Source of the DNA: an uncultured Rhodobiaceae bacterium
Lineage (GTDB): Bacteria > Pseudomonadota > Alphaproteobacteria > Rhizobiales > TMED25
Direction of reading: 5' to 3'
Length of the DNA stretch: 64,000 bases
Assembly (NCBI GenBank): GCA_913030915.1
Contig: CAJWEW010000002.1
Span: forward strand, 5,906 to 69,905
Shown: positions 30,108 through 40,244 of the stretch, piece after piece
How positions within the stretch are numbered: position 1 is the stretch's first letter
Layout: every line of letters begins with the position of its first letter
Notes under the pieces: model-generated
Database searches by the model: none
The model's input: the letters and a program-made list of their open reading frames with translations, nothing else
What the model was told of the DNA's origin: nothing
Made by a program: the position numbers and the translations under genes

Positions 30108-30197
30108 TGTTTACCTTAACTAAGTTGTTTAGAATTTACAATTATCATGTAAATTATATCACATATGATATTTTTGCTGAAGAGTATTGTAGATGAC

Positions 30198-30692
30198 TTA
30201 TCTTTTTGAGAATTGGAAGCTTTTTCTTGCTTTAGCTCTTCCGTATTTTTTTCGTTCAACAACTCTTGAGTCACGTGTCAGAAAACCGCCAGATTTAAGC
30301 GCAGCCCTATTCTGGGGTTCAAAATTTAAAAGTGCTTTTGAAATACCATGCCGTATTGCGCCGGCTTGACCAGATAACCCGCCCCCTGAAACTGTACAGT
30401 ATATGTCGAAACTACCTGTATTATCAGTTGCATCGAGGGGTTGTTGAACAATCATCCTTAAAACTGGTCTTGCAAAAAATGTTTCAAATTCTTTGCCATT
30501 CACTGTAACCTTGCCACTGCCAGGCTTGATCCAAACCCTTGCAACTGCATTTTTTCTTTTACCAGTTGCGTAAGCGCGACCAAGATTGTCGACTTTCTTC
30601 TCATATACAACGGAAGGTTCATTATCAGGGAAGGTGTTCGCAATTTCCTGATTCTCGGTATCTAATGTTTCAAGGTTATTTTCAGCAGCCAT
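30198..30692 (-). CDS. rpsI: 30S ribosomal protein S9
   Basis: [45 protein letters not shown]. Start reassigned to the ATG at 30692, 1 nt after the rplM stop. Confidence 0.98.
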   Translation of the reverse strand: MAAENNLETLDTENQEIANTFPDNEPSVVYEKKVDNLGRAYATGKRKNAVARVWIKPGSGKVTVNGKEFETFFARPVLRMIVQQPLDATDNTGSFDIYCTVSGGGLSGQAGAIRHGISKALLNFEPQNRAALKSGGFLTRDSRVVERKKYGRAKARKSFQFSKR

Positions 30693-30693
30693 G

Positions 30694-31158
30694 CTAAGCC
30701 CTCCTTGTATTTTTTGGATTTCGATCAGCAAAACCATCAGTTTTTGGCCGTTGGGCCTCATGCGGATGTTCACTACCCGAATATACTTTTAAGTTTTTCA
30801 ACTGTCTTCTTGAGAGTGGCCCTCCGGGTAACATTCTTTGCACAGCTTTAATGATTACCCTCTCAGGAAACTTACCGTCCAAGATATCAGATGCAGTTCT
30901 GCTTTTTATACCGCCAGGATAACCTGTATGCCAATAGTAAGTTTTTTTATCCCTTTTTAGTCCGGTGAGATGAACCTTCTCGGCATTAATAACGATTACG
31001 TTGTCGCCACAGTCAACGTGTGGAGTAAAGATCGGTTTATTTTTACCTCTCAGTATGGTGGCAATATGTGTAGCTAAACGACCTAAGACTAGTCCATCCG
31101 CATCAATCAGGATCCAATCTTTCTTTACTTCACTTTGTTTAATATTGTAAGTATTCAT
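30694..31158 (-). CDS. rplM: 50S ribosomal protein L13
   Basis: [37 protein letters not shown] at 31158 (the track uses the GTG at 31164). Confidence 0.98.
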   Translation of the reverse strand: MNTYNIKQSEVKKDWILIDADGLVLGRLATHIATILRGKNKPIFTPHVDCGDNVIVINAEKVHLTGLKRDKKTYYWHTGYPGGIKSRTASDILDGKFPERVIIKAVQRMLPGGPLSRRQLKNLKVYSGSEHPHEAQRPKTDGFADRNPKNTRRA

Positions 31159-31505
31159 TTTCACATTAAAATCTGTAATATGGATTAAATATAGTAATTA
31201 TGACTAATGTCAATTTTTTTTTACATTTTTTTCATTTTAAATCAATGCATTACGAATGTGGTAATTTAATACCACATAATAACTACTATGATAGCTGACA
31301 AAATCTGCTACGTTGCATAGGATTTTTGATGCACACTTCGTTAAAGGTCGATTAAATTTTGTTTTTTGACAAATAATGCTACCAAATAACATTAATTTAG
31401 AATATTTTAACATTTTAATTTAAAAAGATAAAAATAAAGACTGTTGTATATATGTTAGGTTGAACATACGCTTTACAGTTTAAAAAATTTTAGGGAGATT
31501 ATAAA

Positions 31506-32792
31506 ATGAGCGAAAAAACAGGTTTTAATACTCTTGCAATTCATTCTGGTGCACAACCAGACCCTGCAACCGGTGCGAGAGCTACACCTATATATCAAAC
31601 AAGCTCTTATGTGTTTGAGAACACAGATCACGCAGCTGACCTATTTGCAGGCCGAGCATTTGGAAATATATACACAAGGATCATGAATCCAACACAAGAT
31701 GTTCTTGAAAAACGTGTAGCTGAATTGGAAGGTGGTAAGGGCGCTCTTGCACTTGCATCTGGCCATGCTGCCCAACTAATAGCATTGCATCCCCTAATGA
31801 GTGCAGGTGATGAATTTATTGCTTCTAATAAACTATACGGTGGATCAATAAACCAATTTAACCATTCATTCAAAAAATTTGATTGGAATGTTTCTTGGGC
31901 GGAGGCAAATGATGTCGATGATTATAAATCAAAGATAAATGATAAAACAAAAGCAATATTTATTGAGTCCATAGCTAACCCTGGTGGTATTATTACAGAT
32001 ATTGAGGCAATTGCAAAAGTTGCAGAGGAGCACCACTTACCGCTAATTGTAGACAATACAATGGCTACACCATATCTTTGTAGACCCCTAGATTTTGGTG
32101 CGAATATTGTTGTTCACTCGCTTACAAAGTTTCTTGGTGGACAGGGTAATTCTATTGGTGGCATAATAGTGGACGGAGGTGACTTTGACTGGTCCAAAGA
32201 TGACAAGTATCCTGATCTAAGTCAGCCACATCCAAGTTATCACGGTCTAAATTTCCATGAGACATTTGGTGGAATGGGATTATCTTATGCTATTGCGTGT
32301 AGATTTCTATCATTAAGAGATCTTGGACCGGCTATATCACCATTTAATGCATTTCTAATCCTTAACGGGATAGAAACAGTCGCGTTACGCATGAAACAAC
32401 ATTCAAATAACGCATTGGAAGTCGCAAAATACCTTGAAAAGCATGATAAAGTTGCGTGGGTTAACTATGCTGGGCTCCCCAGCAGTGATTATCGTAAACA
32501 CGCAGACAAATATTGCCCTAATGGAACTGGTGCGGTATTTACATTTGGATTGAAAGGTGGATACGATGCAGGTGTAAAGCTTGTTAACGAGGTAAACTTA
32601 TTCAGTCATTTAGCAAATATTGGTGATGCCAAAAGCCTTATAATACACCCATCATCTACAACACATAGTCAACTTACCGATGAACAGCAAGAGCTTGCTG
32701 GGGCATCTAAAGACGTTGTAAGACTGTCTGTTGGGATCGAGGATATCTCTGATATTATCGGTGATTTAGAGCAGGCTCTCTCAAAAGTGTAA
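31506..32792 (+). CDS. metY: O-acetylhomoserine aminocarboxypropyltransferase/sulfhydrylase
   Basis: ATPIYQTSSY, NIYTRIMNPT, HSLTKFLGG, SHLANIGDAKSLIIHPSSTTH; AGGGAG SD. Confidence 0.94.
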   Translation: MSEKTGFNTLAIHSGAQPDPATGARATPIYQTSSYVFENTDHAADLFAGRAFGNIYTRIMNPTQDVLEKRVAELEGGKGALALASGHAAQLIALHPLMSAGDEFIASNKLYGGSINQFNHSFKKFDWNVSWAEANDVDDYKSKINDKTKAIFIESIANPGGIITDIEAIAKVAEEHHLPLIVDNTMATPYLCRPLDFGANIVVHSLTKFLGGQGNSIGGIIVDGGDFDWSKDDKYPDLSQPHPSYHGLNFHETFGGMGLSYAIACRFLSLRDLGPAISPFNAFLILNGIETVALRMKQHSNNALEVAKYLEKHDKVAWVNYAGLPSSDYRKHADKYCPNGTGAVFTFGLKGGYDAGVKLVNEVNLFSHLANIGDAKSLIIHPSSTTHSQLTDEQQELAGASKDVVRLSVGIEDISDIIGDLEQALSKV

Positions 32793-33846
32793 ACTGGCAG
32801 TAAGTTATCAAATAGAAATGGCGCAGTACTCCTAAAAATAAAAGTACTGCGCCTAACTGGTGTAAAACTCCAATTATAATTGGAACTTGATACATAACAG
32901 CAATAATACCAACTATAACCTGATAGAGCATTATGGCCAAGAGATGTAATGAGGAGCTCTTATAGGCTGTACCTGAAAATCTTTTGTTAATGTGTATGAA
33001 TTGAATAAGTAAAATTAAGCATAAAGCGTATGCCAACATCCTATGATCAAAATGAATTGTAAGTGGATTTTCAAAAAAATTTAGATACCAAACTGATATT
33101 GAAAAAAGACCATCTGGTATAAACTCACCATCTATCAATGGCCAGGTATTATATGTTAAACCCGAGCGAGTTCCAGACATAAATGCGCCAAGAATAATCT
33201 GAATGAATGTTAAAATAAGTAAGGTAAAAGATGATATTTTCAGAAATAATGTTGGTCTATTTTCTAAATAAACTACATTCTCCGTTCTTAATAGATATAA
33301 AAGAAATAGACTCCCCAAAATAAGAAATGCAATCGTGAGATGTGTTGCAAGCCTGTATTGGCTTACATTAATATTTTCAACAAGACCACTCTGCACCATA
33401 TACCAACCAACGAATGCTTGCGCAACACCCATAAGCAAAATAAATGGAAGATAGGTTTTCTCTTTTTTTGAAAATTTTTTTCTAAACAGGAAGTATAGAT
33501 AAGGTATAAAAAAAACTAACCCAAGGAATCTTGCTAAAGACCTATGAAACCACTCCCAAAAATATATGACTTTAAACTCGGCAAGCGTCATCGAAGAATT
33601 AACTAAAAAAAATTCTGGTATCTGCTTATATTTATCAAACTCATTTTGCCAAGATGCCTCTGATAATGGGAAGAAAATTCCTGAAATTGGTTGCCATTCT
33701 GTAATTGAGAGCCCTGACTCTGTGAGACGTGTTATGCCCCCAATAATTATCAAAGATATAAGCGTAAATATCGTAACTATTAACCACAGGGAAACATCAG
33801 CATTTTTGATATTTTGATTTATATTTTTATCTACATTGATTATCAT
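32755..33846 (-). CDS. ctaA: Heme A synthase (COX15/CtaA)
   Basis: GGITRLTESGLSITEW, FWEWFHR, GWYMVQSGL, QYRLATHL, IHFDHR, LHQ. Confidence 0.95.
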   Translation of the reverse strand: MIINVDKNINQNIKNADVSLWLIVTIFTLISLIIIGGITRLTESGLSITEWQPISGIFFPLSEASWQNEFDKYKQIPEFFLVNSSMTLAEFKVIYFWEWFHRSLARFLGLVFFIPYLYFLFRKKFSKKEKTYLPFILLMGVAQAFVGWYMVQSGLVENINVSQYRLATHLTIAFLILGSLFLLYLLRTENVVYLENRPTLFLKISSFTLLILTFIQIILGAFMSGTRSGLTYNTWPLIDGEFIPDGLFSISVWYLNFFENPLTIHFDHRMLAYALCLILLIQFIHINKRFSGTAYKSSSLHLLAIMLYQVIVGIIAVMYQVPIIIGVLHQLGAVLLFLGVLRHFYLITYCQFTLLREPALNHR

Positions 33847-33873
33847 TATATTTTAGTTTAATTGATAAAAGAT

Positions 33874-34065
33874 ATGAATAATTTCCGAAAAATAATCTAT
33901 ACGATGATGTTATTAATATATTTATTTATATATATTCTAATTTCAATGCGAATTGGTGTTTTTGTTTTAGAGCTAAATAATATTTTAGTTGAAATCTTAT
34001 TTTATATGCTTATTGGCGTATTGTGGATTGTTCCGATTATGCTAATATTGAAGCGAGGTAATTAA
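33874..34065 (+). CDS. DUF2842 family small membrane protein
   Basis: RKII..LL..Y and FY...G.LW..P pattern with two TM helices; divergent from ctaA as in Rhizobiales. ATG at 33874 (the track uses the TTG at 33862). Confidence 0.8.
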   Translation: MNNFRKIIYTMMLLIYLFIYILISMRIGVFVLELNNILVEILFYMLIGVLWIVPIMLILKRGN

Positions 34066-34517
34066 TGATAACTTCTTTGCAATATTTCTTTTAATGATTC
34101 CAATTCAGATATTGAGTCGTTTAGAAATATCTTAAATTCTGACCCAAGCCGCTCTGGATTCTGACTGCTAAATAAATCAGCGGTATGATTATGAATTTCA
34201 CTTTTACCCTGATTCGTCTGATCAACAGTATTTTTGTTTTCTCTGGTGCCACCACTATCCAAAATAAAGTTTTTTCCTTTATCTTTAAAGATTTTTTGCA
34301 CACCACTTATGGTATACATCTCCGTATATAATAGATTATGAATTGCTTTTAAAAGTTCTACGTCTTCTGGACGATATAGTCTTCGACCTCCCCCACGCGT
34401 CATAGGTTTAATATGTTTGAATTTTTTTTCCCAAAATCTTAATACGTGTTGAGGGATATTTAATTCCCCTGAAACTTCACTAATTGTTTTGAATGCGTCT
34501 TCTGTTTTTTCATTCAT
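34062..34517 (-). CDS. MerR family transcriptional regulator
   Basis: [24 protein letters not shown]; the usual companion downstream of ihfA. Confidence 0.93.
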   Translation of the reverse strand: MNEKTEDAFKTISEVSGELNIPQHVLRFWEKKFKHIKPMTRGGGRRLYRPEDVELLKAIHNLLYTEMYTISGVQKIFKDKGKNFILDSGGTRENKNTVDQTNQGKSEIHNHTADLFSSQNPERLGSEFKIFLNDSISELESLKEILQRSYH

Positions 34518-34530
34518 TATTATAACTTTA

Positions 34531-34824
34531 TTAATCTGTATTAATTTTATTTTTTAATTGCATACTAGGTCTAAAGATAACAACATTTCTTTCACTTATA
34601 ACAGCTTCTATTTTTGTCTTTGGATTTCTACCCATTCTTGATTTTTTTCTTTTTATGAGAAAGCTGCCAAAGGATGATAACTTTATATCGTTTCCATTAG
34701 AGAGCGAATGCGCTTTTTTTTCTAATATATTTTGTACAATATCGAGAGAGTCTTTTCTAGATAGACCTATCTGTCTATATATTGCTTCGCATATCCCTAA
34801 TCTTGTTAATGTTTTATCAGTCAT
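34531..34824 (-). CDS. ihfA: Integration host factor subunit alpha
   Basis: [36 protein letters not shown]. Confidence 0.95.
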   Translation of the reverse strand: MTDKTLTRLGICEAIYRQIGLSRKDSLDIVQNILEKKAHSLSNGNDIKLSSFGSFLIKRKKSRMGRNPKTKIEAVISERNVVIFRPSMQLKNKINTD

Positions 34825-34887
34825 TTTTTTCCCTAGTAATATTTTTAAGCTAGATAAAGCTCACAGTCAACTGTGAGAATCATTTTT

Positions 34888-35856
34888 TTAATATCTTAGA
34901 AGTACCGCACCCCATGTAAACCCGGCGCCGAAGGCCTCAAGCAGTAACATATCTCCCCTTTTTATTTTATTCTCTCTTATGGCAGTCGTCATAGCTACCG
35001 GTATTGACGCGGATGATGTATTGGCGTGTTTGTCAACCGTGACAATAATCTTCTCTTCTTCAATTTTTAGCTTTTTAGCGGTTGTCTGAAGTATTCTAAG
35101 GTTAGCTTGATGCGGAACAAACCAATCGATAGACTCAATTCCAAGCCCTGCCGAGTCTAATAATTCTTCAACAATTGAAGTCTGCTTCTCCACTGCATGT
35201 TTGTATACTTCTTTTCCGTCCATATTTATGAAATTATCAGCACTTGAATGCATTGATGGACCCCCATCACAATATAACTTGCTCCGATATTGCCCATCTG
35301 ACCTAACGACAGAGTCGATAACACCTGATCTGATATCGTCATTATTCTGCCCTTCTAGAACGAAAGCACCTGATGCATCACCAAAGAGAACACAGGTCGC
35401 TCTATCCTTCCAGTTAAGTATTCTGGAATAAACTTCTGAGCCAACGACTAGTATTCTCTTGTACTTACCGCTCTTAATAAAATTATCAGCCGTAGACAAA
35501 GCGTAGATGAAACCACTGCATACTGCATGAATGTCAAATGCTGCACCGCCTCTAATATTTAGCATGTCCTGTAATTTTACTGCAGTGGATGGAAAGATCT
35601 GGTCGGGGGTAGAGGTTGCTAATATTATAAGATCTATATCTGCTGCGTTAATATTAGCATCTTGGATAGCATCGAGGGCTGACATATAGGCAAGGTCCGA
35701 AGTCATTTGATCCTTTGATGCAATATGTCTTTGTCTTATACCAGTTCTCTCAAAAATCCACTCGTGGCTAGTATCAACAAATTCTGAAATATCATCATTT
35801 GTTAAAACCTTCTCCGGCAAATACATACCAACACCCTTAATTATTGTATTAATCAA
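34888..35856 (-). CDS. fabH: Beta-ketoacyl-ACP synthase III
   Basis: FDIHAVCSGF, VLFGD, VPHQANLRI, HANTSSASIP, GAGFTWG. Confidence 0.96.
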   Translation of the reverse strand: MINTIIKGVGMYLPEKVLTNDDISEFVDTSHEWIFERTGIRQRHIASKDQMTSDLAYMSALDAIQDANINAADIDLIILATSTPDQIFPSTAVKLQDMLNIRGGAAFDIHAVCSGFIYALSTADNFIKSGKYKRILVVGSEVYSRILNWKDRATCVLFGDASGAFVLEGQNNDDIRSGVIDSVVRSDGQYRSKLYCDGGPSMHSSADNFINMDGKEVYKHAVEKQTSIVEELLDSAGLGIESIDWFVPHQANLRILQTTAKKLKIEEEKIIVTVDKHANTSSASIPVAMTTAIRENKIKRGDMLLLEAFGAGFTWGAVLLRY

Positions 35857-36883
35857 TATTCACATCCTTTTCAGTAACCCTAATATTAGTCTTTATCTTA
35901 TCTATGAGTGCTGCCTTGTGCATATCAATGCCCAAATCAACAGCTGAAGAAAATCCAATCGGATCAGTTTTCCCATGGCTTTTTATTACTATACCATTCA
36001 AGCCGAGAAAAACTCCACCATTTAACCTACTTGGATTCATTTTTTCTTTTAGTGATCTGAAAGCATTTGCGGCAAAAATATAGCCGACCTTGGCCATTAT
36101 TGATCTGTTTATTGATTCTTTGAAATATTGTGAAATCTGACTTGCTGTACCTTCTGCTGTCTTTAATGCTACATTTCCCGTAAAGCCATCCGTAACTACA
36201 ACGTCGGAAAAACCTCTGCCAATCTGATTCCCCTCAATAAAACCTTTGTATCTAAAAAAATACTCTGTAGATTTTAACATTTCATGCGATGCCTTAATTT
36301 CATCCAAACCTTTAATCTCTTCTTCACCTATATTTAGCAGCGACAACGTTGGCTGTTTAACATCTAATATAACTTGCGCCATAGACGCTCCTAAAATCGA
36401 AAAATCAATTAGCTGTTTTTTATTGAATCCGATTGTGGCACCAATATCTAAAACAATAGTTTCTCCATCAATGGTTGGCCAGATCGCTGCAATAGCTGGC
36501 CTTTGGATTTTCGAGATTGTCTTCAGGATTAGGGTTGACATTGCCATAAGCGCCCCTGTATTACCAGCAGAAATCATAAAGTCTGCATTACCTTGCTTTA
36601 AAGTTTCAATAGCAACCCAGATGCTTGATTTTCCACGACCATTTTTTATTGCAACCGACGGTTTTTCATCCATTTTTACGAATGTGTCACAATGAATGAT
36701 CTTAGATACATGCTCCAGTGCATTGTATTGGGAGATCCTTGATCTAATGATCTCTTCATCACCAAATAGTTGAAACCTAACGTTTGGATATTTTTTTAAA
36801 GTTAGTAATAAACCCGGTAGGACGAAAGAAGCATCGTCATCGCCACCCATGCAATCAACTGCTATGTTTACCTGATTAGACAT
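35849..36883 (-). CDS. plsX: Phosphate acyltransferase PlsX
   Basis: IAVDCMGGD, SAGNTGALM, LDIGA, LNIGEE, DGFTGNVALKTAEG, KSHG. Confidence 0.96.
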   Translation of the reverse strand: MSNQVNIAVDCMGGDDDASFVLPGLLLTLKKYPNVRFQLFGDEEIIRSRISQYNALEHVSKIIHCDTFVKMDEKPSVAIKNGRGKSSIWVAIETLKQGNADFMISAGNTGALMAMSTLILKTISKIQRPAIAAIWPTIDGETIVLDIGATIGFNKKQLIDFSILGASMAQVILDVKQPTLSLLNIGEEEIKGLDEIKASHEMLKSTEYFFRYKGFIEGNQIGRGFSDVVVTDGFTGNVALKTAEGTASQISQYFKESINRSIMAKVGYIFAANAFRSLKEKMNPSRLNGGVFLGLNGIVIKSHGKTDPIGFSSAVDLGIDMHKAALIDKIKTNIRVTEKDVNID

Positions 36884-36971
36884 AATTAACCATAAATGAT
36901 TTACTAAACATACACCAGTTTTAACAATGATTTATTTAAAATAAAATTAATTAATCGATAGTGGTCGTCCC

Positions 36972-37490
36972 TTAAATACCCTGAATATCAAGCTTTGGTA
37001 TTTCTTCTATGCCTACTTTCTCAATAAGCTCTTCAAACGCAATCGTGTATTTTGATAATTCATCAGCATTTTTCTCATATAAGGTATCTGAAGAAAATGC
37101 ATTTCTTAAAAAGTAGTCACCAAGTAGATTTTTCTTCTTCAATACATCCGGTGTATCCATGATGTCTTCTAATGATGTTGATCGACCATAAAAAACCATA
37201 CCCACTTTTTTCATCTTTTTTGGGATTGATAAATCACCAACTCCTTCTTCCCTAAATGAGAGATCTATTGATGAGAACATCAAATCTACAATAGACTGAG
37301 AAAGGTGCTCTTTCCCATCTTTTTTTAATTTTCGGAGCAAAACGATAAGATGTAATAATAGTATCTCGAATCTTCCATCTGTTGTATCTGGTACTTTACA
37401 TTTAGAATAAAAACCTTTATCGCGAGAAATATTCACAATTTTGTAATATAAATCGAAATGTATATCTTTATCTCTTTTAGAAAAAATCAT
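36972..37490 (-). CDS. Ubiquinol-cytochrome c chaperone (Cbp3 family)
   Basis: VPDTTDGRFE, FREEGVGDLSIPKKMKK..FYGR; divergent from bamE. Confidence 0.9.
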   Translation of the reverse strand: MIFSKRDKDIHFDLYYKIVNISRDKGFYSKCKVPDTTDGRFEILLLHLIVLLRKLKKDGKEHLSQSIVDLMFSSIDLSFREEGVGDLSIPKKMKKVGMVFYGRSTSLEDIMDTPDVLKKKNLLGDYFLRNAFSSDTLYEKNADELSKYTIAFEELIEKVGIEEIPKLDIQGI

Positions 37491-37558
37491 CTGTTAATGT
37501 CTTTCATAATCTATATATTAATTAGTAACAACTTTTATTTTTTTTTAAAGTGCAACAT

Positions 37559-38002
37559 ATGAAAAAATTATTACTTATATTACTATTGTTGAATATATCA
37601 TCATGCTCAACCCAAATTGAAAAAAGAGGTTATATCTTTAATGAAGGATCGCAAGAAAAGCTATCTGAGGGCATGGCAAAAATTGATGTTCTCTCATTGA
37701 TGGGCTCTCCGTCGACAACGTCTCAGAATAATGGTGACAAATTTTACTACATTTCAAATAAATTCTATAAATATGCATTTCTAACACCGAGAGAAATTGA
37801 GAGAACGGTAGTTGTCATTGGATTTGGCCAAGATGAGTTAGTTGCAACGATTGAGGAATACGCATTAAGGGATGGGAAGGTTGTTGACTACAAATCTGAA
37901 AAAACTGTACCGGGGGGCACGCAAGCAACAATACTTCAGGACTTGTTTGACACTAGTGGGAGATATACAAGTTCAGAAGCTATTGCCGGCTCTATTTTTT
38001 AA
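37559..38002 (+). CDS. bamE: Outer membrane protein assembly factor BamE (lipoprotein)
   Basis: Lipobox ISSC, VLSLMGSPST, FYYIS. ATG at 37559 (the track uses the GTG at 37550). Confidence 0.9.
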   Translation: MKKLLLILLLLNISSCSTQIEKRGYIFNEGSQEKLSEGMAKIDVLSLMGSPSTTSQNNGDKFYYISNKFYKYAFLTPREIERTVVVIGFGQDELVATIEEYALRDGKVVDYKSEKTVPGGTQATILQDLFDTSGRYTSSEAIAGSIF

Positions 38003-38017
38003 AAGTACCTGTATATC

Positions 38018-40135
38018 TTAGTGCGCCAAAATGGCAAGAAGTAGTAAAGCAACTATATTTGTGATCTTAATCATAGGATTAATTGCTGGGCCCGCAGTAT
38101 CCTTGTATGGATCGCCAACTGTATCTCCTGTCACTGATGCTTTATGAGCCTCTGACCCCTTACCACCAAATTGTCCATCTTCAATGAGTTTTTTCGCATT
38201 ATCCCATGCACCTCCTCCCGCAGTCATTGAAATTGCCAAGAAAAGACCTGTAATGATAGTACCCAAGAGCATCGCACCAAGTGCAGAAAAAGCAGAAGAC
38301 TTTCCATCAATCATATTAATAATAAAGAAACAAAGAACGGGCGCCAACACTGGCAGCATCGATGGTACAATCATTTCCTTTATGGCAGACTTAGTTAGCA
38401 TATCCACTGCCCTCGCATAGTTTGGTTTTGAAGTACCTTTTAAAATTCCTTTGTCTTCTTTGAATTGACGTCGGACTTCTTCCACCACTGAAGAGGCAGC
38501 TCGACCAACTGCTGTCATGCCCATGGCACCAAAAAGATATGGCATAAGACCTCCTAGAAGCAATCCGACCACAACATATGGATTGGATAAACCAAAATCT
38601 AAATTAATTCCTTCAAAGTATGAGTATTGATCAGAATTAGCCGCAAAATAACTCAAATCTTCTGTATATGCCGCAAATAACACAAGTGCGCCTAAACCGG
38701 CAGAACCGATTGCATAACCCTTTGTAACTGCTTTTGTTGTATTACCTACCGCATCGAGAGCATCAGTTGTATTCCTTACCTCTTCTGGAAGATCTGCCAT
38801 TTCTGCAATACCACCTGCATTATCTGTAACCGGCCCAAATGCATCAAGCGCTACAACAACTCCGGCAAGAGCAAGCATTGTAGTTACAGCAATTGCAATA
38901 CCAAAAAGACCTGCCAAACTATATGTGACTATTATCCCAGCAATGATAACTATTGAAGGTAGCGCTGTTGCTTCGAGTGACATTGCCAACCCTTGGATAA
39001 CGTTAGTCCCGTGTCCCGTAACAGATGCCGCAGCAACTGATTTAACAGGTCGATAATTTGTACCTGTGTAATATTCTGTTATTACAATAATAAGTGTTGT
39101 AACTGCCAGCCCTGAAACACCACACAGAAACATATCCATACCAGAGAACTTGATAAATGACGTCTCAATAACAGTCTCCATACCAATCAGGTTATTTGTG
39201 AGAGGCCATAAAAGAATAAGTGATAGAGCGCCTGTGACAAAAAAACCTTTGTATAAGGCGCCCATTATTGACCTATTTTTGCCAAGTTTTACAAAGAAAG
39301 TTCCCACAATAGAAGTTAAGATACATGTAGCACCAATTGCAAGAGGGTACAGCATGATCTGTTCAAAGTAAACCGAACTTGAGAAGTAAATGGACGCTAA
39401 AACCATAGTTGCCACAATTGTGACTGCGTATGTTTCAAAAAGATCCGCAGCCATGCCAGCACAGTCACCAACATTATCGCCAACATTATCTGCTATTGTA
39501 GCAGGATTTCTTGGATCATCCTCTGGAATCCCCGCTTCAACCTTACCAACTAAATCACCGCCTACATCGGCACCTTTTGTAAAAATTCCACCACCGAGCC
39601 TTGCAAAAATTGAAATTAAAGACGCGCCAAATCCCAGGGCAACGAGGGCGTCAATTATGACTCTACTATCGTAGGAATGATTAAGCATATTTGTTAAAAT
39701 AAAGAAATATACACTAACAGCTAGCAATGCAAGCGCTGCCACTAACATACCCGTCACAGAACCAGCCTTAAATGCTATCGACAAACCCTTTGAGAGATCC
39801 TCCGATGCCGCTTGTGCAGTTCGCACATTTGCCCGTACTGATATTAGCATTCCGACAAACCCTGCAATGCCAGACAAAATAGCACCAATTGCAAAACCAA
39901 CAGCTACAATTGGATCCAACAAGTATGCAACCAATAAAAATATAATTACACCAACAACAGAAATAGTTGCATATTGCCTCTTTAGATACGCCCCCGCACC
40001 TTCTTGAATTGCACTTGCAATCTCTCTCATTCTCTCATTACCTGGATCTGCGTCCATTACCGACTTACTAGCCCATACGCCATAAACGACTCCTAGCAGG
40101 CCACAAAAGATAATTATCGTTATTAATGTAGTCAT
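38018..40135 (-). CDS. hppA: Membrane-bound H+-translocating pyrophosphatase, K+-independent type
   Basis: [63 protein letters not shown]. Confidence 0.96.
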   Translation of the reverse strand: MTTLITIIIFCGLLGVVYGVWASKSVMDADPGNERMREIASAIQEGAGAYLKRQYATISVVGVIIFLLVAYLLDPIVAVGFAIGAILSGIAGFVGMLISVRANVRTAQAASEDLSKGLSIAFKAGSVTGMLVAALALLAVSVYFFILTNMLNHSYDSRVIIDALVALGFGASLISIFARLGGGIFTKGADVGGDLVGKVEAGIPEDDPRNPATIADNVGDNVGDCAGMAADLFETYAVTIVATMVLASIYFSSSVYFEQIMLYPLAIGATCILTSIVGTFFVKLGKNRSIMGALYKGFFVTGALSLILLWPLTNNLIGMETVIETSFIKFSGMDMFLCGVSGLAVTTLIIVITEYYTGTNYRPVKSVAAASVTGHGTNVIQGLAMSLEATALPSIVIIAGIIVTYSLAGLFGIAIAVTTMLALAGVVVALDAFGPVTDNAGGIAEMADLPEEVRNTTDALDAVGNTTKAVTKGYAIGSAGLGALVLFAAYTEDLSYFAANSDQYSYFEGINLDFGLSNPYVVVGLLLGGLMPYLFGAMGMTAVGRAASSVVEEVRRQFKEDKGILKGTSKPNYARAVDMLTKSAIKEMIVPSMLPVLAPVLCFFIINMIDGKSSAFSALGAMLLGTIITGLFLAISMTAGGGAWDNAKKLIEDGQFGGKGSEAHKASVTGDTVGDPYKDTAGPAINPMIKITNIVALLLLAILAH

Positions 40136-40244
40136 TGTTTCCTCAATAGATTATTTTTCAAAAAAAGTTGTTATTAGAGTTATTTCTTAATTAAAGCAGT
40201 TTTTAATTATTGGCAAGAAATTAAGCCACATAAATAGCTTTTAG

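Noticed and set aside
31341-31355. TTAA-N7-TTAA CtrA-like box (also a TTAACCAT half-site at 36886-36893)
   Set aside because: Many matches are expected by chance in such AT-rich DNA, and the neighbouring genes (metY, rplM, plsX) are not typical CtrA targets.
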